DNA of 64,000 bases from an uncultured Gemmatimonadales bacterium (GTDB lineage Bacteria > Gemmatimonadota > Gemmatimonadetes > Gemmatimonadales > Gemmatimonadaceae): NCBI GenBank assembly GCA_963851265.1, contig CAWKNZ010000007.1, positions 711,091 through 775,090 of the forward strand, in the 5' to 3' direction. The translations under genes and the position numbers were made by a program. Positions 56,741 to 64,000 of the stretch are shown piece by piece (positions within the stretch are counted from its first letter, which is position 1; every line of letters begins with the position of its first letter). The notes beneath the pieces are model-generated. The model saw nothing but the letters and a program-made list of their open reading frames with translations. It was not told the origin of the DNA and searched no databases.

Positions 56741-59005
56741 TCACTTGAAATGCTGCTGGATGTACTCGTGCATGTGACTCGGCGGTAGCGCCGGGGAGGA
56801 TGCTCCCGCGCGGATGTAGAACTCCTCCGTCGAACCGTTCTTCAGAAAGACAGGCCGGTCGCTACGGTCGACCTCGATCACGAGGACACGCTGTCCGGCG
56901 ACGTCGGCGAAGCTGGGCCTCAGGCACGAGTGCACGCTGTTGCCGAGGTGGCTCTTCACCAAGTTGTCCAGGTGAAGCGCCATCTTGTCATCGTTCTCGA
57001 ACCCGTCATTGCCCAGTCCGATCGGATTGCCTGCGTCGTCCACGCCGACGAACAGCGTACCGCCCTTCGAGTTCAGGAACGCGGCGAGGGTCTTGATCAC
57101 GGCGTGCTCCATCTTCGAATCCTTCTGACCCGTGTGAAGATTCGCGCGGAGGGTCGACTTGAACTCAGTGAGTGGCCCCTCGCCCCGGCTGATCCGCGCC
57201 TCGAAGGTGTCCATGTCTGCCGGGACGGTCTCACCATCGGTGAGGCGCCGGTAGCCGTCGGCAATGACCTTGGCGATCCCGCGTCGCCGAGACTCCAAGA
57301 ACTTCGTGTACTCCATCTGCTCCCAACCGGTCGGCAGCGCGTGCCAGTACGCCTGGTCCGCCCGCTCCTTTGCCGTGAGTCGGCTCCAATACTTCGGGAG
57401 GTACTCCGACGGCGGAGTGTCCGAGATCGCGATGTTGTCGTTCCACTCGACCAACGCGTAGTTGGCGATCTGGTTGGTTTGGGGCGCCAACGTGAACCCG
57501 AGGCTAGACAGATAGCTCTTCGGGAAGAGGTGGTGCCGTTCCGCTCCTGATTTCGGCGACTTGATCGAGGGGTCGAGAACGTCGCGAGTGCGCTTCTTCG
57601 AGAAGAGGACACGCGCGTCGAGCACGTTCAACGACGCGAGGTAAGCGTAGAGCAGCGGGCTTGTCGCGGACGACGTGTCGAGGCGATTCGGTAGTGTGAC
57701 CGCCCAGAAGTCTTCGGTCAGATCCGCCGCCATCGCACGCTCGGCCCACGCGAGGAAATCACCGGCCACCGTCGCGCTCCGCAGTGCGGCGAGATCACGC
57801 TCCATCAAGGTCTCCGGCGAGCCACCGGTGTACCGCGACGTGACCGATGCCATGAAGAACCAGCGACCGATGACCTGCCCGAGCGTGTTCGGGTTGACCT
57901 TGAGGTCGATGCGCCCGATCAAGAACAGGATGTACGTGTAGAAGAGCGTCGTCTTGGAGCTGACGAGATTCGCCCCAGTGAAACCGGATTGCTTCAGAAT
58001 GCCGAGGTAGTCATGCCAGTGCGTCAGGTTGAGCGCGTGCGTCTGCGCTTGCTGAAGCCGGGCGAACTGCAGCTCGCGCTGCGCCTGGCTGAAGACCTCC
58101 GTGTCCATGTCCTTGCCGCGGAGGACTGAGTACGCGGATTTGAGCCGGGCGCGGCGGAACCCCATGCCAACTGCCACGCGGAGGAGCTGGTCAGGCGATG
58201 GCTCGACGAAGTGGTTGTACGCGCTCGGTCCCGATTTGCTCGGCTGGCGCGCGGCACGACAGAAGCTCTCGAGCTCCTTTCGTCCGTCCTCCCAGAACAC
58301 CGACATCAGTGTGAGGATGAAGTCAGCCTGGTTCAGCTTCTTCCCCTCGCTGTTGATCCGGACGAAAACCTCGGCGACCTGCTCTTCGTCAATACTTGCA
58401 GCGAGTTGGAGGACGGTGAACGGGTAGCTGGTCAGCGAGAAGAGCCGCTGGAGCGCATTCTCGCACGCCTTCCGCTGCTCCATGGTCAGCTCGACTCCGT
58501 TCCGCTTCCGGTGCGACGCCAGCCGATCGAGATACTCGCCGACGATCCGGTACTGGCTCGCGTTTGGGGCGAACAGCTCGGAAACGTTCGGCAGGTACTC
58601 TGGGTCCTTGCGGATCGCCGCATCGCAGACCTGGAAGGTCCCGTCGGTCGGCCGGAATGCGATTTCGATCCGCTCGGTTTGGTAGTCCTCGCGCACGACG
58701 GGGATGCCCTTCAGCACCGCGTAGAGCGACGTTAGGCGCTGCTGTCCATCGACAATCAACAGCTGCGGGACCTTCTGGTGGCTGTTGGTGCCAATCTGCT
58801 TCGTCTTCTCACCAACCTGGTTTTCCCAGAAGAGGAAGTACCCGACCGGGTAGCCACGATACATCGAGTCGAACAGGTCACGCACCTTCGCATTCTTCCA
58901 CACGAATGGGCGCTGAATGTCGGGCAGCCCGATCTCGCCCATCTGGACGTCGTCGATCAGCGTCGCGAGCGAGTAGCCGACTTCCTTGAAGAGCGTCGTA
59001 GTCAT
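56741..59005 (-). CDS. GmrSD-like DUF262 + HNH protein fused to a C-terminal Schlafen/AlbA_2 domain
   Basis: IQRPFVW, DGQQRLT and FVRIN (DUF262); ERHHLFP...N...N (HNH); GEGPLTEFK...AAFLNSKGGTLFVGVDD (AlbA_2). Confidence 0.85.
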   Translation of the reverse strand: MTTTLFKEVGYSLATLIDDVQMGEIGLPDIQRPFVWKNAKVRDLFDSMYRGYPVGYFLFWENQVGEKTKQIGTNSHQKVPQLLIVDGQQRLTSLYAVLKGIPVVREDYQTERIEIAFRPTDGTFQVCDAAIRKDPEYLPNVSELFAPNASQYRIVGEYLDRLASHRKRNGVELTMEQRKACENALQRLFSLTSYPFTVLQLAASIDEEQVAEVFVRINSEGKKLNQADFILTLMSVFWEDGRKELESFCRAARQPSKSGPSAYNHFVEPSPDQLLRVAVGMGFRRARLKSAYSVLRGKDMDTEVFSQAQRELQFARLQQAQTHALNLTHWHDYLGILKQSGFTGANLVSSKTTLFYTYILFLIGRIDLKVNPNTLGQVIGRWFFMASVTSRYTGGSPETLMERDLAALRSATVAGDFLAWAERAMAADLTEDFWAVTLPNRLDTSSATSPLLYAYLASLNVLDARVLFSKKRTRDVLDPSIKSPKSGAERHHLFPKSYLSSLGFTLAPQTNQIANYALVEWNDNIAISDTPPSEYLPKYWSRLTAKERADQAYWHALPTGWEQMEYTKFLESRRRGIAKVIADGYRRLTDGETVPADMDTFEARISRGEGPLTEFKSTLRANLHTGQKDSKMEHAVIKTLAAFLNSKGGTLFVGVDDAGNPIGLGNDGFENDDKMALHLDNLVKSHLGNSVHSCLRPSFADVAGQRVLVIEVDRSDRPVFLKNGSTEEFYIRAGASSPALPPSHMHEYIQQHFK

Positions 59006-59031
59006 GTGGATGGTTGGCCGCGGCAGGAACG

Positions 59032-60252
59032 TCAGGACAAGCTGGCTTCCGCCGCGGCGAGGTCGAGCTGGCCGGAGAGGAGGCGGGGGAGGAGGACGTC
59101 GCGGGTCGCACGAAGGTTGTCGACCTGCGAATGAAGTCGCTGGATCTGCGCGAACATTGGTGTGACGAGCTTCGAGAAGTGATCGAGGAGCATCCGCGGC
59201 GGCTGCGCGATCGGGAAGTCGTTAAGGCAACGCTCCTGCACGCGCTGTCGCCCACTTGCACCCGACATGCTCTTGATCGCAGTCGACCGAAATCGCTCGC
59301 TACGGGCGAGCAGGTAAACGAAGTGCGGCGTCAGACTCTTGGAGCGCAGCACGATGAACTCGGTTGATCCGAAGGCGACAGCACGCTCGCCGGGTAGAAA
59401 CTGGACGAAGCCGGTCTTCCCGTTCTCTAGACAGGGTGTGATCCGCGCGACGAGCGTGTCACCATTCTGAAACTTCGATCCGCTGTTACCGCCACGCGCT
59501 TCGATGTTGGTGATCAACATCGAATCATTCGCGAGACACTGCATCGGAACGAATGGCTTTTCGCCGTCCTTGGGAACCGAAACCCGAGGGTTCACGAGCA
59601 CGCATTCGGGGAGCGGCGTCAGCTGCCAACCACGGGGAACGTCGCCGAGTGATGTGGTGATCCGAGGTTGCTCTGCGTGCCCCGGAAACCGGAACTCGAC
59701 GAACCACTCGCGGTAGAGCGCGCGCGCCATCGTCTCCAGGATCTGGATGCGGCGCTGGCAGTTCTCTATCAGCTGGTCGTATGCCGCGAGAACGCCAGCA
59801 ATTCGGAGCTGAACGTCGAGTGGCGGAAGTGGAAGCTGAATCCTCCGCAGATTCGCTTGGGAGAGCTTAGGCTGAGCTGCTCCTGTCACAAACGCCTTGA
59901 TGTCGGCCGCGTTCAGGCACGCCAGGAGGAACGTATCGTCGATGATGCCCGGCTTTCCCCTGAGCACGTGGGCGTGATTGTTCACCCAAAAGCGCCCGTC
60001 TGCGAATAGCGCGAGCGGCAGCTTTTTGCTGTTCAGATTCTCGCCATCCTCCGCGGCAAGTATAAAGCGCCCCTCAAAGATGAAATCATCGACGTAATCG
60101 ATGATGCCCTGCGCACCGTAGTACGGGTACGCGCCTTTGCGTTGCTGCCGTTCGGAGCTGCTTAGCGGGATTCGCCGCGAGTCGAACAGATCAGCAACTT
60201 CGCCGAGCAGGGCGGTCCGCCAATCTGAACGCGGCGTGCTACTCGCTGTCAT
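59032..60252 (-). CDS. hsdS: Type I R-M specificity subunit S
   Basis: Two TRDs with conserved spacers ([31 protein letters not shown]); start overlaps the hsdM stop. Confidence 0.9.
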   Translation of the reverse strand: MTASSTPRSDWRTALLGEVADLFDSRRIPLSSSERQQRKGAYPYYGAQGIIDYVDDFIFEGRFILAAEDGENLNSKKLPLALFADGRFWVNNHAHVLRGKPGIIDDTFLLACLNAADIKAFVTGAAQPKLSQANLRRIQLPLPPLDVQLRIAGVLAAYDQLIENCQRRIQILETMARALYREWFVEFRFPGHAEQPRITTSLGDVPRGWQLTPLPECVLVNPRVSVPKDGEKPFVPMQCLANDSMLITNIEARGGNSGSKFQNGDTLVARITPCLENGKTGFVQFLPGERAVAFGSTEFIVLRSKSLTPHFVYLLARSERFRSTAIKSMSGASGRQRVQERCLNDFPIAQPPRMLLDHFSKLVTPMFAQIQRLHSQVDNLRATRDVLLPRLLSGQLDLAAAEASLS

Positions 60253-61879
60253 GCTTCGAGGAGCGCGGACACGTTGGCGGCAATGGTCAATTCGAGCCCA
60301 CGCGCCTCAGTGTTGAGTACTTCGAGTTCCTCGTGCAACCTGCCAAGCCGGGATTTGAAGTCCTCGTCGCTCACCTCTTCGCCAGGGGCAACGCCGACGT
60401 AGCGCCCCGGATTCAGCGACCATCCCTGCGCCTCGATCTCCGCAACCGTCGCCGCGCGGCACAGGCCCGGCACGTCGGCGTACTTCGGCTTCTTCCCGAA
60501 CACCTCCGCGATCTTCGCCCGCGCCTCGTCGCCGCCTAACGCGAAGTCCAGCGCCTCGCCGCGCCACAGCCTGACAAGGTTGCCGAGGAAGTCGATCTGC
60601 GCCGCCGTCCAGTCGCGGTGCGCGCGGTCGATCTGCCGGTAGATGTGCCGCGCGTCGACGAACAGCACCTCGTCCCGGCGCGCCGAATGTGCCTTGCCGC
60701 GGTCGAGGAACCAGAGCGTGCAGGGCAGCGTGACCGTGTAGAACATGTTGGGCCCGACGGCGACCATCACGTCCACCGCGCGCGCCTCGATCGAGCTGGC
60801 GGCGGATTTCCTGCTCCGAGGCGCGGGCGTCGGACGCGGAGTTCGCCATCACGAACCCCGCGCGCCCCTTGGCGTTCAGCGCCGAGTAGAAGAGCTGGAT
60901 CCAGAGGTAGTTCGCGTTGTCGGTGCGCGGCAGGCCGAAGGGAAAGCGGCGGCCCGGGCCGACGGCGTCCTTCAGTCGCTCCTTGTCGACCGCGTTCACG
61001 TTGAACGGCGGATTGGCGAGCACGAAGTCGAAGTGTCCCGTCGCCTCGTGCGGGTCGTCGTAGTAGCTGTTGATCTGGCCGCCGTGGCGGATGTCGCCGT
61101 CCAGCCCGTGCACGGCGAGGTTCATGCGGCAGAGGCGGCCCGTCTCGTCGGTCTTCTCGACGCCGTGGATGCGAGAGCTCGTCGTCGGGGTTCTTCGATG
61201 CGCCTGCGACGAACGCGCGCCGACTGCACGAACATGCCGCCCGAGCCGCACGCGGGGTCGAGGATGCGGCCGTGGTAGGGCTCGAGGATCTCGACGATGC
61301 AGCTTGCACGATGCTGGCCGGCGTGTAGAACTCGCCGCCCTTCTGGCCCTCGGTGCGCGCGAACTCGCCGAGGAAGTACTCGTAGATGCGACCGAAGGCG
61401 TCGTACTCGACGTTGGACGGGATCTCGGAGACCTTCTTCAGCAGCTCCTTGAGCAGCGTGCTGCTGAAGAGCTGGTACGGTCTTGCGGCAGCACGCCGGC
61501 GAGCTGCGGGTTGTGCTCGCTCGATCTCGGCGCATGGCCTCGTTGAGGGCCTTGCCGACGTTCGTCGCGCCTCGGGAAGTTGGAGCAGGGAGCCGAAGCG
61601 GGCTGTCTCGGGCAGGTAGAGGACGCTCTCGGCGTGGTAGGCCGTGGGGTCGTCGACGCGCGACGCCGCGGCGGCCGAGGCGCCGGCGGTTTCCAGCTCG
61701 GCGCGCCGCTTCGCAAAGCGGACCTCGGCGAAGCGCAGGAAGATCAGGCCGAGGACCGGGGCGGAGTACTGCTGGGCGGTGAGGCCGCTGTTCGCGCGGA
61801 GCTGGTCGGCGGCGGCCCAGAGGCGCTTTTCGAGCGTACCGGCGTCGGGGTCAGTTCCGGACGGAGCGATCCACTGCAT
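60249..61879 (-). pseudogene. hsdM: Type I R-M methyltransferase subunit M (m6A) with several frameshifts
   Basis: [32 protein letters not shown] and SLNPGRY motifs spread over different frames. Confidence 0.9.
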
Positions 61880-62729
61880 GTGCGGCTGGGGAAACGAGGA
61901 GCAACGAGAGGGGAAGCGACGGGACCGGCAATCTGGTACCGAGTCACGTTCTCCGGAACGTGTCCTCGCCAGTCATCGGGCGCGGCCGAAGTGTGGGGCG
62001 CATAGCCGGCGCCGAGCTGTCGATTGGAGCGTTACCCCCGCGGGCTCCGACCCAGACCAGCGCCGGAGCGGACGCTTGATCGGCTTGGCCAGACTCGGTC
62101 GCGCCGGACACGGCGGTTATTTCGGCTCGAGAGCGCGGATTTCCTCGGCTTCGGCCATCCGGGGCGCGGTGCAATGTGGCCCGACCCGCAGGTTATTTGT
62201 CTGCCGGCGCGCTCCGCTTCGCACGTTGGCGCGGCCCGACGCGAGTACTTCTCCGAAGCCGAGACAGCGGTGCGGACCGTCGACGTGAAGGGCAGCGACC
62301 CAGACATCGTCAATGGACGAACCGGCGATATCCTCGCGCGCGGGCGCGGGCGGCATCCACGGGACCATCACGCTCCGGGCCGGGGTGACGAGAACGTTTG
62401 CCTGGCGCGGGCGCCGCGTGCCGCTGCACTCCGGGCGGCAGGATATCGCGCTGTGTCCGTGGGGGAGGTGGCGCAGCCGCACATCGCAGGCACGCTCGTC
62501 GAAGCGGTCGCCAGTTGGACGGCCCTGCGAACGCGCCGCGTGTCGGGCGTCGTCGCCGACGGACTCCACGCCGGGCACCCCGCCGGCGCCTCACGGTGTT
62601 GGCGTCGACAAGCAGGGCCTGCCGGTTAGGCGTGAGCCGGCCGGGCCGGCAATCAGATCGCCCATTGGATTTGACCCGCGGCAGCGGACACCCGATTAGC
62701 CCCGCTATGGTGCGGGGCGGAGGTGTTCG

Positions 62730-63068
62730 ATGGCGGAAGGCAGGCAGCGGCGGGCGTTCACCGCCGAGTTCAAGGTCGAGGCGGTGCGGCGCATGGCCGA
62801 GCGGCGCGCGGCCGGGGTGGCGCTGAAGCAGATCGCGCGCGAGCTCGACGTGCGCGACGACCTGCTGCGGAAGTGGGCGCGGCAGGTCGGGGAGCACGCC
62901 GCGGGCGGCAGAGCCGCCCCCGCGCCGGGCGAGCTGTTCCCCGGCAATGGGCGCCTGCCGAGCGAGGCGGACGAGGTGCGGCGGCTCGAGCGCGAGGTCG
63001 CGCGGCTCAAGCAGGAGCTCGCCTTCGTAAAAAGTGCCGCGGTGTACTTCGCGAGGGAGTCGCGGTGA
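62730..63068 (+). CDS. IS3 transposase OrfA (HTH)
   Basis: RRAFTAEFKVEAV, IARELDV..LRKW and a leucine-zipper-like tail; A-run at 63029-63033 as possible -1 slip site. Confidence 0.9.
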   Translation: MAEGRQRRAFTAEFKVEAVRRMAERRAAGVALKQIARELDVRDDLLRKWARQVGEHAAGGRAAPAPGELFPGNGRLPSEADEVRRLEREVARLKQELAFVKSAAVYFARESR

Positions 63069-63964
63069 GCGACAAGTACGCCGCCATCGCCGCGCACCGC
63101 GGGCAGTACCCGGTGCGGCTCATGTGCGACGCGCTCGGCGTCAGCCCGAGCGGCTTCTACGCGGCCCAGGGGCGCGCGCCGGGCGCGCGGGCCGCGGCCG
63201 ACGAGCGGCTCCGGGTCGAGGTCCGGGCGGCGCACCGGAAGAGCCGCGGGCGCTACGGCGCGCCGCGCGTCCACCGCGCGCTGCGGGCGGCGGGCACTCG
63301 GGTCGGCAAGAAGCGCGTCGCGCGGGTGATGCGCGAGGACGGCCTGGTGGCGCGTCGGGCGCGGCGCCGGATACGGACGACGGACTCGGCGCACGCGCAG
63401 CCGGTGGCGCCGAACCTGGTGGCGCGCGGCTTCGCCGTCGCTACCCAGCCGGGGCTCGACCGCACGTGGGTGAGCGACTTCACGTACATCCCCACGCGCG
63501 AGGGCTGGCTCTTCCTCGCCGTGGTGCTCGACCTGGCGAGCCGCCGCGGGTAAAAACGGTCGGGCTGGGCGGTGCGCGAGACGATGGAGACGGAACTCGT
63601 GCTCGCGGCGCTCCGGATGGCGCTCGCCGCCCGGCACCCCGCGCCCGGGGTCGTGCAACACTCGGATCGTGGGGCGCAATACGCGAGCGGGGCCTACCAG
63701 GCGCTGCTCGCCGCGTACGGCGCGGTGCCGAGCATGAGTCGCAAGGGAGATTGCCACGATAACGCGGTCGCCGAGGCGTTCTTCGCCACGCTCGAACACG
63801 AGCTGCTGGCCGACACCACCTTCCTCTCGCGCGCCGCGGCGCGCGCCGGCATCTTCGAGTTCCTCACGTGGTACAACGCCGAGCGGCTCCACTCGAGCCT
63901 CGGCTACGTCAGTCCCGTGCAGTTCGAGCGGCACCTGCGCGCGCAGCCGGCGCGCGCGGCCTAA
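63065..63964 (+). pseudogene. IS3 transposase OrfB (DDE integrase core) with an in-frame TAA at 63551-63553
   Basis: YGAPRV, WVSDFTYI, HSDRGAQY, NAVAEAFF and YN..RLHSSL motifs; both halves are in the same frame. Confidence 0.85.
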
Positions 63965-64000
63965 CTCCGTGTCCGCTGCCGCGGGTCAAATCCAGAACGT

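Larger units (their letters stand above)
51..63965. repeat. Dispersed heptamer GTTAGGC/GCCTAAC (at least 26 exact copies)
   Basis: + strand starts: 51, 4728, 8056, 13921, 14809, 16898, 17326, 18713, 19496, 31877, 50148, 51419, 53336, 58731, 62625. - strand starts: 25174, 27049, 27850, 29431, 30625, 34495, 35799, 51032, 56625, 60534, 63959. Confidence 0.85.
62666..63994 (+). mobile_element. IS3-family insertion sequence, 1329 bp, with 26-bp perfect terminal inverted repeats
   Basis: IRL tggatttgacccgcggcagcggacac (62666-62691); IRR is its reverse complement (63969-63994); TG...CA ends; orfA and orfB inside. Confidence 0.95.

Noticed and set aside
59032..60252. Invertible hsdS shufflon
   Set aside because: Only one hsdS, with no flanking inverted repeats or recombinase seen
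61944..62629. ORFs between hsdM and the IS (62024-62629 +, 62117-62578 -)
   Set aside because: No recognisable motifs or consistent codon bias; probably non-coding or a remnant
51..63965. TTA codons as a Streptomyces bldA-like translational switch
   Set aside because: The GTTAGGC context also occurs in non-TTA frames, in stop codons and in intergenic DNA, so the signal is the DNA motif rather than the codon

Overview
Very GC-rich bacterial chromosomal window. The gene content and several lineage-type hypothetical proteins suggest Gemmatimonadota (inference). Positions 1-53.4 kb are mostly housekeeping and envelope genes: a gluconate module (lactonase, GntP, gluconokinase), an atypical SpeD-like protein, a pgsA-like gene, DsbA, two acyl-CoA synthetases flanking an MFS transporter, ccmABCD, ppa, a flavin monooxygenase, a five-gene ketosynthase/SRPBCC/methyltransferase/flavin reductase/FAD-oxidoreductase cluster, an M24 peptidase, an ABC exporter, ctaA/ctaB, an APC permease, an Oar-like TonB-dependent receptor, lptF-lptG-mlaE-mlaD and comEA-pilB-pilT-pilC. 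From about 53.5 kb there is a lower-GC defence island: a type I R-M operon (hsdM-hsdS-cargo-hsdR) whose cargo is an intact DUF262 (GmrS)-HNH (GmrD)-Schlafen/AlbA_2 fusion, while hsdM and hsdR are heavily frameshifted. A complete IS3-family element follows. The two strongest signals are (i) the GmrSD-Schlafen fusion in the PrrC-like slot of the R-M operon and (ii) a non-palindromic heptamer GTTAGGC/GCCTAAC seen at least 26 times in both orientations and several reading frames, often forcing rare codons. No rRNA, tRNA or CRISPR array was recognised.
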